NCBI GenBank assembly: GCA_010909165.1
Contig: VJWM01000328.1
Span: 2,466-66,465 of the forward strand
DNA: 64,000 nt
Source of the DNA: Anthoceros angustus
Lineage: Eukaryota > Plantae > Anthocerotophyta
Reading direction: 5' to 3'
Shown here: piece by piece, positions 1 to 13,471 of the stretch
Position numbering within the stretch: the first letter of the stretch is position 1
Layout of the letters: every line of letters starts with the position of its first letter
Translations under genes and position numbers: made by a program
Notes under the pieces: model-generated
Told to the model about the DNA's origin: nothing
The model's database searches: none
What the model saw: the letters and a program-made list of their open reading frames with translations, nothing else

Positions 1-900
1 TCCCGCCACAGAATCACTCGCCTTGTGGCGAGACCGGGTCGCACTATGTCCTCTTCGATGCCCACCGTCTGCTTTTGCCCCTCTTCCTTCTTACCAAAAA
101 GGGAGGTCCTGCTGAGGCTCAGCATTCTTCTCCTTCCCTACGCCTCCCGGATGCCATTATGCGATTCAGAGATCGGCACACCGTCCTCATACGTAAGAAG
201 AAGCACGTTAGTGAGTGAATTACCGCAGATGAGCCCTCCTGGCGACATAATATCACGACACGATTTGACGCAATTCCACACGGGCGCTCGAGGAAGGCGG
301 AACGGAGTCGACACGCTGGGCGCATCGAGAGTGGAATCGTGGTGGAAGCAATTGTTTTAAGCGTGAACCCGGCCTCGAGATTAATTTGGCATTGTTTTCG
401 TTTTAGGGCTTGCATGTTTTAGAAGCATAAAGATGTGGGAATTTGAGCTATATTTGGCCGGATATGGTATCCGGTGTATTTCCATCGGATCGTCAACTAC
501 ATCTGGGATTCCGTTTGCCATGTGCGATATTAAACAACGATGTCAGACGGGCGCGCCCGGCGGAGAGGCTGGTGTCGACATTGCGCGCCCGCACTCAATC
601 CGACTCAGCGCATACATCTCTGATATAGAAGGCCGGACATTGAGGACCTCCAGCAGTAGCTTTCTTCAACGCGGCGGTCCCTATTGTTCCCTTGTCTCAT
701 GAAGCGTTTTCCATACCGCCTATTCACCCAGTGAGTTTTAGCACTACGATGTTACAAGCGACGCACACACCAGAAGACGAAGAGGTCTGTGGCTCCCCGT
801 GTCGATGAAATGCACATGTACAGGCCAGTCACTTCAGCCGGGCTAACGATTGTGGTGGGCAGCCTCTGCTGCCATCTGCTCTTCTCTCTAGTCAAACACC

Positions 901-1616
901 CAATCAGGTTGTGGTCAGGTTCTTGTTCGAGCAAATCATCACTCGATATGGCTGCCCATTGGAGCTAGTCAGCGATAGGGGTACGCATTTCGTCAATAAG
1001 GTAATCTCTAATATGACCAATCATTTCAACGTCACTCACAGGAAGACCACTCCCTACAACCCAAAGGCCAATGGGTTGACAGAGAAGGCAAATGGCCTGT
1101 TGTGCAAGATCCTGACCAAACTCATCAAGAAGTTGGGATCGATAAGAACGCATTAGTAGCTACGGGCGTCTGAGCAATGAAAAAGTGACGACCAAAGGGA
1201 CCCCGTATTACCTAACATATGGACATTCGCCAATCATGCCGATAGAGTTCGAAGTACCCACCCTGAGAGTGCAGGAACCAAGACGAATGTCTGTAGAAGA
1301 AAGTCAGTTGGAAAGGTTGGTCGCACACACGGAGGACAGGGAGCAAGCACTACAAGTTATGCAGGATGTTCAACAAAGGAGGAAAGAATGGCACGATAAG
1401 CGACTGAAGCGCCAAGAGTATGTTGTTCCTGGAGACCTGGCTTTATTGTATGATAACGGATACATGCATTTTCCAGGTAAATTACATCTCAAGTGGATGG
1501 GACCCTACAAAGTCTTGGAGGTTTTCGACAATGGATCTATCTAGCTGCAGCAATTGAGTGGATCGCCCCTGCCAACTAGAGTCAACGGTTGGCGAGTTAA
1601 AAAGTTTTACCAATAA
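901..1616 (+). mobile_element. Ty3/Gypsy integrase remnant (core plus C-terminal GPY/F region), frameshifted
   Basis: RYGCPLELVSDRGTHF, TTPYNPKANGLTEKAN, TPYYLTYG and KLHLKWMGPYKV motifs across ORFs 911-1156 and 1185-1544; a stop interrupts GSI*LQQL. Confidence 0.9.
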
Positions 1617-1636
1617 GTTGGCGAGGACGCCAACAA

Positions 1637-2714
1637 ATGAGAAGGGGAGTATGTGGAGTATCACATGTATCCTAATCCTTCTCTGAACTATCGGGATGAA
1701 TGATTTTTTTTGTTTTTGGTGTCTTAGTATAGCGGAATGCTTTGGAATCGTCCGGGTAAGGCCTTTTATACGGAAAGGATCCTTGGCCCATGGTGATAAT
1801 AATATTTTCTTGTCCTTGGGTTTTGACCCTGGTTAGGAAGGTTAGGTATAGAGTCCTTGGGTTTTGGTAATTTTAGAAATAAGAAGGTGTCTATATGCTA
1901 GGGATGCCTACATTTTGCTACGATTGCTGTATCAAGTGGGAGGTAGCTTCCACCGGTGGCGGAGATGGGCGCATGACTGGGAGTTCACAACCCTAGTGGC
2001 GGAGGCAGTGCAGTCGGTGGGCGCAGAAGAAGAGCACACTGACATCGCGAAGTCGAATCGTGATCGAGGCCCTGGGGCGGATGCAGTACCGGGCGCACGC
2101 ATGCAATTGCGTCTGCGCCAAATCACTCATTCGCTATGCAGTGGCAAGGCATCGTCCAGTCGGTCATAGCGGGCGGCCGAGGAGGGAAACCACGCCAAAG
2201 GCGCCAGCGGGGGGGAAAGAGGCGGAGGCGGAGGACCAAGGCCAAGAGGAGCGACAAGAGCGTACGAGGGTGGTGCTTTCCTCGACCCAGGCGTGCGGGA
2301 GGCCGAGGTTTTGAAGAGAAGGAGGAAGGGAGATGGCGCCTCGAGCCGCGCGCGTAAACTAATGGGTTGCACATCTTGATTCGGGCCACGGCGTTTACTA
2401 GTGGTTCTTTCTAACGGGAGCTGGGGCCTACCCCCAAGTGGTGATCGAGGAGATGAGTGAAACCGGAGGCTGAAGGCGTGGAGGAGGAGACACAGTGGTC
2501 AGCCCGTGGCCGAGGTGGAACAATGCATAGGCCCAGACGCCGACAGCCTACGGAAAGACGCGAAGAAACCGAGTAGGCGAGATAGTGAGGTGGAGGTTTT
2601 GGGGAGAATCGCTTCGGATCATGTGGCGGTGAGGCGAGAGCGAGGGAACCCCATCGGCCGCAGGCTAGGCAACAACCGCGACGCGTGGCCATTTTAGAGG
2701 AGCTGCGACATCAC
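1637..2714 (+). mobile_element. Polypurine tract and probable 3' LTR of the Gypsy element
   Basis: Purine tract GAGAAGGGGAG just after the integrase stop, followed by TGTGGAG at 1652. The right end at CGACATCACA (2714) is tentative because no second LTR is in the window. Confidence 0.45.
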
Positions 2715-3196
2715 AGACGTGGGTTTTTTCGGGTTAGGGATAGGATGTTTTGAGGTCTGTGGAGTCAGAATTCTGGAATTGGTAGGAGCGCCCGTGGTAG
2801 TGGGCCTTATTTTCTAGACATCGGAGAGGAGTGAGCCGAGATCCGCAATTTGGATGTATAAGAGACCTTTTGTATCTCTTACTGCACAATTTGGTGTGAG
2901 CTTGTGTGTTGAACCTCTGGCGAGGTTGGTTAGAGAGCGTCGATCAAGATCAACCGGTTCGATGCATGTCTTCTCTGCTGGGAAGACCGGAAGATCTGGT
3001 GGTCGAGAGCGGAGTGGCCAAGCTCCACGTCCGGGAGTGGTGAGCGAGAGGTAATGCGTGCCGGGAGGGGTATGAATTTCATGAGGGCAGTGGGACTGCC
3101 GCAAGGCGAATCGCCCAAGTACTGACCAGTGTTTTCTTTCCTGTCCTTCCTTTCCAAACCGCTGCCACCAGAACGTGTTTTATTCCATGGGGGGAC

Positions 3197-3290
3197 TGTG
3201 TGGCCCAAGGTGAGGTCTATGTGGCCCAAGGTGAGGTCTGTGTGGCCCAAGGTGAGGTCTGTGTGGCCCGAGGTGAGGTCTGTTTGGCCT
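3197..3290. repeat. 21-bp tandem repeat (TGTGTGGCCCAAGGTGAGGTC), about 4.5 copies
   Basis: Seen directly; reads as an LTLGHTD heptad repeat in minus-strand ORF 2930-3571. Confidence 0.9.
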
Positions 3291-3699
3291 GTGAGAGAGA
3301 GAGGATCTAGTTGTGGAGGTCCCTGGAGGGGGCGGATGAGTGTGCGTTGTAGGGGGTTGCGTATGCGTTTGGGGAAAACGTGGAATGATCGAAAAAAGTG
3401 GAAGTGAATGGTGAGATCACGGGGAACCACAAGAGTGCGGGTGGGCCTCGAGGTCGTAGGCATAACCCTCGGAGAAGATCCGAAAAGGTATTCTTGGAAG
3501 AGAAGTAAGAGTACATGTAGGTGTGTGCATGACCATAACCCCCAAGGACCGCGCCGGAAGCCGGGTGACAATAATCTCCGACACGTAAGCTGGCCACCAT
3601 GGAGTGGGACTCACATGGTTAATAAGCCACTCGGTGGTTGAACCTCCACGTGGTGGCCGAGTCTTCCACGGTGGTGGATTTGGGCATGGTAGAGTTACG

Positions 3700-4814
3700 T
3701 AGCGATTGATTGTGGTAGGACCAGAGTCCATAGTTTTAGAACATCTTGACACAAAACCATTCCTTTGGGATCGAATCCTAGGACTATAACGACATAGAGG
3801 GTAAATGTGGCCTCTTTGCGTCTTCGGATGCAAAAACCCATTCCACAGCGTCCATGGCTAAAACACTATTGTTACCATGCTTGATGAACATCTGCCGCAT
3901 GAAAGGAGTTTGCAACCCTAAAACAAAAGGTTCACCAGGTTCTGATCTATGGAAGATAAGGTCAGCATTCACTTTGAGCCACATCTCAATGGACTTTACA
4001 TCATCGGTGGTCTAGTTTCCACTCACCGCTTCCACTTGTCGTTTCATGTTCAACACATCCTTGTGCTGCATGTAGTCATCTCGAACGTCACCATCACGCT
4101 CATGTCCTTTGTAGTACTCATCTTCTCGTACACAACTGCAACATGCCGACGCATAATCTCCGACATAGAAACCTTGCAATAAAGACAATGTTTAACTCAA
4201 TCCTTTTTCTCTTTCGAGATCCAAGGAGCTCTAGACAATTTAGGGTGTCCCACGTACTGCGGACCATGACAGATATCACCTGCACGATCTACGTGCGCTC
4301 CTTCATGAAGAAGGATTTGAGCAACTTCAGGGAACAAGTGCAACTGCTTCATAACAAAATTGGCCATACATCCGGTCTTCATGCGCACATTCTTGGGTGT
4401 AGCAATGGAAATCCTCCGTCCATATGAACACCAATACCTACATAGAAACACACGATAGCAAATACCAAGATTTGGCTTCAACTTAAGGCAAAGAAAGCAC
4501 ATGGACAGATACCAAGTCAGAAACCCAAGTGGTCGGGAAATTAGTATAGAGAACTTGAAGTTGCGTAAAAGGTACCTGATATATGTGATTGCAAAAGGTT
4601 CAAGGACGGCACAATTGGTGGTGGTAGTGAATTTTGAGTCTTTGAATCCTTCCGATAGAATTTTAAGCACATTTAAGCCTTCACCGTAAATGAAATCTTC
4701 TACTCTATTCCATGGAATGTAGGCAATCTTCAAATCCTTCAAAACCTGCCAAGTTAGATTGTCGGTGCAGAATTGACCAAGCCCTGGAAATTGCACCTTT
4801 AGCGGGCACCCCAT
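3700..4814 (-). mobile_element. MULE/SWIM-type transposase remnant, internally deleted
   Basis: AYIPWNRVEDFIYGE, YWCSYG, KTGCMANFVMKQLHLFPEVA and FVLGLQTPF...GNNSVLAMDA resemble the plant At4g13970/At1g60560-like MULE family; similarity breaks right after MDA. Confidence 0.6.
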
Positions 4815-5174
4815 GGACGGAGCTAGCTTGGCGGCCAGAATGCTTGGTTTAGGTTAATCTCTTTGTCTTTGGGTTGGTTTGTTTGAGATACCCCGCACTC
4901 AGTTCATACTCCTCGCGCACGATTCTAAAATCAAGCATGGTTGGTTTACATCTCAACCTCGTTATGGTGGGTGCACATACTGGGGTTCTGCCGTGCTGGG
5001 CTAAATACGGCACTGACATCCTGTATGGGCCGGTACATGGTGTTGTGTTTAAAGTATATCATGATGAGAGAGAATCGTGATGGGCGAGGCATGGCATCCA
5101 CGCCAGATTTTACACGCGAAGCATTGATTGCTTCGGAGATTTGAGACGCAGGCATGAACAGGCAAGGACCGTAG

Positions 5175-5252
5175 CGGGCAATAGTACTACATTTTCATTG
5201 CATAGTACAGTATCGGGCAATAGTACTACATTTTCGTTGCATAGTACAGTAT
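5175..5252. repeat. 39-bp tandem duplication, possibly a subterminal TE repeat
   Basis: CGGGCAATAGTACTACATTTTC(A/G)TTGCATAGTACAGTAT x2. Confidence 0.9.
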
Positions 5253-6719
5253 CGGCGTTGTTTTCGTGACTTTGCGGCGTGGTTAGTACAAGATGATGCG
5301 CGAAAAGCAGTCGAAGGTAGCATCGGCCATCGATTGTATACCCGCTGTTTCCACTCTGGAAGCGACCGCCATTTGCCATTTGCCTTTGCCATTGCCATGT
5401 CCATCCAAGGCGGGATGTCAGTTTCATTGAGCCCAGGCTGAGGCCGCGCATGACAACAACATGAGAAGGGGGCCTTCTTCTATCGTCCTCACGCACTGCC
5501 TCTTCCCTGGTCTGATGGAATTGGTTTTTAGTTCCCACCTCTGGCCAGCTCACGAGTCTGCTGATCACCGCTTGCAGTGCACATCTTAGCAGGAACATAA
5601 AGACGCACTGGTAGGCCTCCAATCCATTCCACAAGCCTCATTCCTGGATTTCGGATCAATATGTGCCCTGCAAATGGTCATCCAATTGTGGACACCAAAG
5701 AGAGGCACGGTTTCATCTTCCACTGCCTGAAAGTGTGTGACAGAGATTCGTGGATGCTACAGCTTGAGCTTCATTTTAGATCTTTCCATGGTTTCTATTT
5801 TCTTTTCAGTCAGACTATCAGACAGTCAGAGAGAAGTGCCTTTGTGATTGTATGACTGTTCATTCAAATTCGGAGTATCTGTTTTCTGCTTTTCAGTCAG
5901 ACAGTCAGACAGTCAGACAGTCAAGAGAGAAGTGCTTTTGTGATTTTGTGCCCTTTCCATGCGAATTCAGCCTCGCCGAAATTTAGCATATTGTATTTGA
6001 AACAGGTCCGAGCAAGCTGTTTTCTGCAGTTGCTTCAGTTCAACACTATCTTGAGCAGGTCTATTAAATGGAATCATGTAACCAAGTTCGCTAAGAGCGC
6101 TTGAGAACAACGGAAGTAACGGAAGAAAGATCATTACTGCTAGGGTACGTGATGCTGCACAGCGTTTCTGGCGCTATAGTTTTTCCTGGTGATATCTGCT
6201 CGGTTGATCATTGCTCGATCTCGACAGAAATGTTATTGGTTCCGCGGATGTGAGTACTCATCACTTACTTGTAATACTGCAAAAGCCCACAGACAGGAAG
6301 ACGAAACGATTCGGTAATGTTGCCAAAGTAGAAGGCAGAGCTTAGAATTTAATCATTTCCGAGCAAAGAAACAGCCTGCTGGTCGATAGGTTCTCCCACC
6401 TGTCGTTAACCTACAATGCTATAATCCGGTTGCCACTCACACCTGCAAAAGTTGAGCCGCTAACTGCCAGGGCAGAATTCCTGTGGCTGTGAAGGATAAT
6501 GGTCTTTCAAGAATTCGGTCTGAGGGCACCTTAAGGAGGTGGTCTTGTCAATAACCCGTCACAAAACAACCTGACATCGGTGTCTTAACGTTCTTGCACG
6601 AAAGTTGCCAGCCGTCAGCAAGCGACATGGATCCCATGTTTGGGTCCAAGCTTGCACGGAGCATGGACGAGCGCCAAAGACTCTGTATAGTACATTTGCG
6701 TAAAGCCGATGGCTGCACC

Positions 6720-9087
6720 TTACATGGAGCTGATTAGTTTCTGGAGTTTCGCTCTACGCCTGTCCCTCTCCTCTGTGCCATCCACGTCTCCAATATTGTC
6801 ATGGTATTCCTGCACGACGACAACAACCCGGTCTCAACGACTCCCCCGAGTGTATTGATCTCGTCGACTGCACCCTTTCACTAAGACATGGATTCTCGTG
6901 CAAAATGCAGACAACAGTACCTGAAGCACAGCCTTCACATCTTCCCTGGAAAGCTTCTGTTGCTTCAGCAGCAGCTGCAAGCGATCCCTGATTCCTGCGT
7001 TTCTGTTATCCAAGAGCAGTAAGGACAATGTTTGCACTTGCACAAAGTGGGCTACTTAAACAGCAGACAGGTAAGGAACATACTCTGATGACCAAATGTA
7101 CGCCATGATCAAGGCAAGTAACTGCAAACACGAATTGCAGAGAGTTAATCTACACAACCTCCCACACTGCAACTGAAAATGTTGAACCCCAAATCCCATC
7201 ACCAGGGTTGGGAGGAAGGTAGATAGCCAATGATAGGGCCGAGAAATGGAAACTTGCCTGCAAAGTGTACAGTCCAGCTTCCAGTTTTGACAGGTACTTC
7301 TCCTCATCGTCGAGCTGCAGAAGCATGCGAGCATAAGTATTGAAGTGAAACGGCCAGCCTCGTCAGAATTGAAGAATAGATTACCTCCAGATCATCAAGG
7401 AGCTGTTCGTCAAGCCTCCTAGAGGCAGCCTTCACGCGATCTGAATATCTGTACAAGAGAAGCAGAAAACCTGAATAAAGCCCAAAAGACAAGCTTCAGC
7501 GCACCATGTCGAGAAGCCAAGGAAAATATCAAAACAGACCAAGTACGACAGAGCTCAGGTGCAACAAAGTGCCATACCGCAAATACAGCTCCATCAGTCG
7601 ATCCGTTTTCTCAAACTCATTCTCTACGAACTTGGATAGCAAGCGCTCCCTTCTCGATCCACGGGTGAGGCCAACTGCAGGCGGCCAGCTTTGAATGAGA
7701 CACACACACTCATTGTTGGGTGCAAGAAAGGGAGCATCATAATGATGGGGCAGCTCACCGAAAAGAGAAGAGACCAGGGAGATAACCCGTTCTTCTATCT
7801 CCTCTTGTGACCTATCTCCCTTCTTTGCCTTCACTGGGACCTGCCATACCAGAACAACAAGGTGTCATATGATGCACGTCCCGCTGAGGACATCTGATGC
7901 CCAGAATCCAAAATGACCATCGGACCATATGAGTCACAACACACTAACTTGTCAATCAAATGAAGGTCATTGCCTCTAATTTATACCTTCCCCATGAAGG
8001 CTGCGAACAGCGTCTTGAGGCCTAGAACATCCACAAAACGTTCACAAGCTGCAGGACACTTGGTCATCGCAAAATCAAGAGCCTTCATCGCAGATGAATA
8101 TGCCAGCTTCTTTTGCTTCATGATAATGATCATGAGTTCCACTCCTTCAGCTTTGACAAACTTATCCTTGTTTTCTATGGGCATGACTACAGTGCACAAG
8201 GAGTCAAACAGGTCCTCCAGCATCTCCTCCTCCTCGCTGGTCTTTGGATCCCGTGACTTGTACAAAGCGACGGCCTGAAGAATGGTATCCACGCCATTCA
8301 GCTGCCCTAGTCTCTTTTGGTTGCCAGTGCTGTTCTGGAGCAGTATTGCCAAAATCTCACTAGCATACAGCTTGTTACTGTCGAATTCCCTAGTCTTTAT
8401 CCTGTTCAAAAGCCATCGCAGCAGCTTTGTTCTCTCACACACCATGTCTGCAACTGCTGGCTTCACTTCTATCATGTTTTCGATAATTGACAAGGTGTTG
8501 AACACTGCTGCTGCTTCATCGGGCTGGGCCTCATCCAACCTGGACAGGTTTTGGACCAGCAACTCCAGCGCATTATTCTCAATCATTGAGTCCACCAAAA
8601 CCAAGGCAGGCTCATCACTCTCCCCAATAACCTCTTCATCAGTCAGGTCGTTGAGAAGATTTACCACATCTATGGCAATGTCCGTATTATCGTGGCCCAG
8701 CAGCCCTAGAATCGAGGGCACCGAGTTCAGCTTCACCAGCTCCGGATACAGGTCAGGGGCAGCAGCCAGAGCATGCAGCTTCTTCACTTCGTCATCCAGG
8801 TCCACCTCCGACTCCACGAATTTGTCAGGCTGGTCAGTATATTTCATGCGGGCTTCCAAGTTGTCTCGCAGCTTTCTCTCAAACGAAAGCACCAGTTTCT
8901 TCAAACCTCGTACATCCAGCACTTCTACCGCGTCAATCCCACTCTCCAGAGCTTCCAGCAGCGCCAGGTCCACCTCCCCGGCCGCATGTTCCTTTTGCGG
9001 CGGAGGCAAAGCTTTTGCCGCGCCATTTCCCACGCTGCTGCCATTCGCCTCCACAAATTCCCGCTTCCTCTTACCCTGAGATGCCAT
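6720..9087 (-). CDS. CTNNBL1: Beta-catenin-like protein 1 (spliceosomal Prp19 complex), 8 exons
   Basis: Exons 9087-7987, 7840-7759, 7674-7578, 7448-7385, 7314-7258, 7121-7084, 7002-6921 and 6809-6720 join in frame. Motifs KYTDQPDKFVESEVDLD, HDNTDIAIDV, RERLLSKFVENEFEKTDRLMELY, YLSKLEAGLYTLQ and EYHDNIGD. Intron 5 has a GC donor. Confidence 0.95.
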
Positions 9088-9638
9088 TGTCCGGGAAACT
9101 CCACACCACTTTGAGCTCACCGCTCACTTCATTCGTGGAATCCCTTTCACGCCTGGCTGCTCCAAGCAACAGAATACCAGGGTGCCCCAAGCCAGTTCCA
9201 AATCAGTTGCTGGGTCTTCCGAACCCACTCTGCCCACCAGTTGGAGTCGAGGATCCTAGATAAACCTGCCGCTCCCGAGGATGGCAGGTGCCGGAAAGAC
9301 TAGGACAGAAAATTTTCTTCGACACCTACTTAGGGCTGGCCTGATGCCCAGCAAAATGCAACGGGCTGGCTGCCTGGATGGTGCTTCGGTCAACGTCTGC
9401 TTGAGCCTGGCGCTTATGCTCCCTTGCCCATTTGTATGTCAGCAATTCTGTCTTTGATTGGATGTTTTCTGCTGTGTCGCCCAGCAGTGGTGTGTGGCCT
9501 CGCCTTCCACCGGACAGGACTTTGTCTACAATTGCGTACCTCCGTTCTGTGAGCAGGGCCCAGAAAGGTCTGCAAGGGCTGGGTTTCGTTGGCACGGATG
9601 TGCGGGCATTGCACTGCAAAGCAGTGGCCCTTGTACAG

Positions 9639-11268
9639 ATGGGGAAGGATTCCGGAAATCCTGGAGAAGCTGCGGGCGGGGAGGTGGGTGGGTCGGCCCT
9701 CCGTCGAGGGAAGATGAAGAACAAACTTGAGGTGGAGGGATTGCCTCTGGAGGGCATTTCGATTGGGGGGCACGAGACCTGTATCATCCTGCCATCCATG
9801 AAGGTTGCGTTTGATATTGGGCGCTGTCCGCAACGTGCCATTTCTCAGGAGTTTCTCTTCATATCCCATGCTCACATGGACCACATTGTACGCGAAGCTT
9901 GATTGCCTTGTTTCTTTTGTTGTAAGCTGCCAGGCTTTAGTGTTTTTCATCGGTCTGTCAGCTTGGGCTTCACTGTTCCTGGCTGTTGGCGCAGGGAGGG
10001 GTGGCCATGTATGTGGCCACCAGGGGACTGTACAAAATGAAGCCACCAACAGTCATTGTGCCGTCTTGTATCAAGGACACGGTTGCAAAATTGTTTGATG
10101 TGTATAGAGAACTGGATGGATCTGAGCTGAATCATGTTCTGATAGGCTTGGATGTGGGTATGCTGTGCTAGCACTCTATGGAAGTTTTGCCAGAAAATGT
10201 TTGACCTTTTTTGTTACAAGTAGGTTTGGCACTAGCTGGTGAAGAAATTAAGCTGTGGGGTGGTGTACCAGGTTGGACAGGAGTTCAAAATGGGGAAGGG
10301 TTTTGTGGTGAAGCCGTTTAAGACTTATCATGTGATTCCCAGTCAGGTAGGGGGTGTTTCTACTGTTGTGTTTACTTGTTCTGGATTTTTTGTCATGCGG
10401 TGCACGTCTTGTGATGCAGGGCTACTTAATTTACTCTGTCAAACAAAAGTTGAAACCTCAGTACCTAGGATTGCCTGGTGCAGAGATCAGAGATTTGAAG
10501 CTCTCCGGAGTTGAGGTAACTCCTGTCAGCCTGCAATAAAAAATCTGTGTCATGAGGTCTTGCGATTCTATTGGATGACCGACAATGCTCCTATCTTTGG
10601 AGCTACTGACCAGGTATATGTCCTAAGCAGATAACAGACACTATAACAACACCTGAAGTTGCCTTCACAGGGGACACCATGGCGGACTTTTTGGTGGATG
10701 AGGCAAACAGTGACGTGCTGAAGGCAAAGGTGCTGATTATGGAGGTGAGACTTGGGCTCCCGCCCTTCTATATCCCGACCTGGATGTGATGGGCTGCATA
10801 GAAGGTGCATTCTAAGTTACATGCCGGTGTCCGATGCAGAGTACCTTCGTTGACGATGCAGTAACTGTAGAGCATGCACGTGAGTACGGCCACACACATC
10901 TGTTTGAGGTAAATCTTGTGCACTGTTTGAAAGCTGCAAGGCAGTATGATGCTAGATTTGCCATAGAGTCGTAAAATTCGTGGTGTTTAGTTGAAACTCG
11001 ACAAGTAAGGAGACAACTGGCATATGCAGATTGTTTCTCTCTCGGAACGACTGCAGAACAAGGCAATTGTGTTGATCCACTTTTCAGCACGGTACGAAGA
11101 GCAGGTACGTTGTGGCAAAATTTCTGTCCCTTCCAGCAGCTCCTTTTCAATGTGCCTGTGGAAGGGCTGCAAACGAAAGTAACGTTTGTGTAGGACATTC
11201 AAAGAGCCATCCAGGGCCTTCCAGAGTCGTTACGAGATCGAGTATTCCCATTGACAGAAGGCTTTTAA
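9639..11268 (+). CDS. TRZ1: Short-form tRNase Z (RNase Z, TM-type), 8 exons
   Basis: EGISIGGHETC, FDIGRCP, HAHMDHI metallo-beta-lactamase motif, FTGDT, EYGHTHL, IHFSARY, ending LTEGF*. The start (9639 or 9714) and the exon 2/3 junction near 10153-10272 are uncertain. Confidence 0.93.
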
Positions 11269-11962
11269 GAGTCTTGCCTAGACCGGAGATGGGATTGGAA
11301 GGTAAACAGTGAGAACAACTCATGCTAGAAGGTAGGGGCAAGAAATGGCCAAAAGTGGCAATACCCTCCCAAGAGGAGCGAATCACAGGTGCTCGGATGG
11401 TGGGGAAGTTCCGAGTTGTAGGAGCTCCAGCCACATTGGTATGTGCTAACAGAAGAGCGTTAGTACATGCTGGGAGCCTCTGGTCACCAGTTTCCACTGG
11501 AGTTCTATCTCAATGGCAGGTTCCTGCTCTGGACTCCGACATCGACCCCTGCTTGTCCCTGATCACACCAGTGCACAGACTTATTCGAGAACGAAGACCC
11601 CTGGTCCCATTTTTCAGACAGCCAGCCTGTTCCATTCATTCCCCTAGCAGTGGGAATCGGCAAGCTGCAGTCACACTAGTGGCCACGTACGTGTGACCTT
11701 GGTGTCGTCTTTGCTATTTAACTTCAAAAACATGTTGGAAAACTATAGAAAGCTCACAATGTTGAAGAGGATATTTCCTCTGTTTCAAGGGTTTTTCCTG
11801 AGAGGCATGTCCTCAAATACCTGTTTCCTTTAAGGCTTTTTTCCAAAGAGGAAAGAGTCAGCTTGCACCTAGGACTTTAACCAAGAAATTTATATACATA
11901 TAAACTCATTGCATACATTATCCGCTTGAGAGTTATTATCAATGAATATAAACTGTTGGTTG

Positions 11963-12435
11963 GGAGTCCAGGTTTTTGATGGTTGACATATATACGAACC
12001 CGGTAAGGAGTCCAGGTTTTTGATGGTTGACATATATACGAACCCGGTAAGGAGCCAAGGGTTTTGAAGGGTGCAAACTAGTACATGTACGTAGTTGGGA
12101 ACCGGCATCAAAACTGCTGCATGGGATGTGGTGCATACAAATTGGTAAGGAGCAAAGCGTTTTGATGAGTGCGAACTAGTATTCGTATCTGGTTGGGAGC
12201 CGGTGTTCAAATTACCTTGGGCTTATGGTGAGTGCAAAACGGTAAGGAGCCAAGGGTTTTATGAGTGCGAGCTTCTATATTTATCGAGTTGGGAGTCAGT
12301 ATTGGATTTAGTGCCTAGAGTTATGGTGAATGCAACCTACTAAGGAGCCAAAGGTTTTGATGAGTGCAAACTAGTATATGTACTTGTTTGGGAGCTAGTG
12401 TCAGAATTAAAGCCTTGGGTTGATGGTGAACACAT
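11963..12435. repeat. Minisatellite: a short (~44-bp) duplication followed by about 4 degenerate copies of a ~98-bp unit
   Basis: GGTAAGGAGC anchor recurs at 12046, 12144, 12241 and ~12339. Confidence 0.8.
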
Positions 12436-13444
12436 AATGCAAACGTGAGTTAGAACCATTTTCAACATGTACCTAGTTGAGGGTTAGTGTCCTACTCATT
12501 TCTAATAAAGCAAATGTCATATTCGTATTTACATCACACCAAATTACATAAACCAACATTGATGGATTTAAAGTGTAATCTTGTGAATTTTTTGGGAGAG
12601 AAAATATGAAACGTTGGGTGGTCTTAAAAACTCAATATGATGGTTGTCGCAAGCTTTGGATATGTAAAACCAGCCCTATTTTACTTTGACAAAAGAATTC
12701 AAGACTTGCATACTTGTGGGGGATATAGAGCTATGTACTTCGCTGTTACTTCATTGTCATCTTCTATTACTCTTCAACGAGTTCCATTATTGGTAAGCTT
12801 TAGGATGGAGACAAATAAGAGTGATGTTTCGCCACCTACTGAGCAGTAGGTAGGTCTCGTAAGTCCTTTCATCTCCCCAATTATGTCGCATTGATGCTGC
12901 ACGAGTAGTATGTAAGTCCTTGATTGTCTCACCAATAGTTATTATTGGTGTATAAGATCGTATCTTATATGTAGCCGAGCAGTACTAGTGAGTATTAGGA
13001 TGGAGACACATGAGACTTTATGTTTTCTCATCATGTACCCAGCTGTACCTAGAGTCCTTTAACGCCCAATTGTGTGTCATTGATATTGCACTACTAAACA
13101 TTGATATTGTACCACTATACAGGAGTCCTCAATCGTCTTTTCACTATCTACCATGAAATGTTAGTACATCAACTTTCTCTCTCATTGATAATGTACGAAC
13201 TACATACATAAAAGATTTTTATTTTCTAATTTAAAGTTCTATTTATATGACATGACTATAGATGATCTTCCTCCTCTATGCTACGAAAAATCATCTTATC
13301 CTCTTATATGCTATTAAAGTAGGGGGTCCGGACCAGAATTGGCTTGTAGGTGAATCATTGTTGGTGGATGAACAATGGAAAGAGGTAGACAACAAGCCAC
13401 AGCAGAGGCACAGTGGGACCGGGTGTGGCGCGTTGGGGACGTCG

Positions 13445-13471
13445 CCCGGGGCCGGGCCCGGGCCCGGGCCC
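13445..13471. promoter_or_regulatory. GGGCCC cluster (site II-like) upstream of LST8
   Basis: CCCGGGGCCGGGCCCGGGCCCGGGCCC about 500 bp upstream of the LST8 ATG; function is inferred only. Confidence 0.35.

Noticed and set aside
1-900. ORFs 25-360, 119-415 and 433-702
   Set aside because: No recognisable motifs; probably TE debris.
5530-5672. Possible minus-strand exon (GMRLVEWIGGLPVRLYVP)
   Set aside because: Looks coding, but I could not build upstream exons or recognise a family.
8282-9079. 265-aa plus-strand ORF
   Set aside because: Antisense shadow of CTNNBL1 exon 1.
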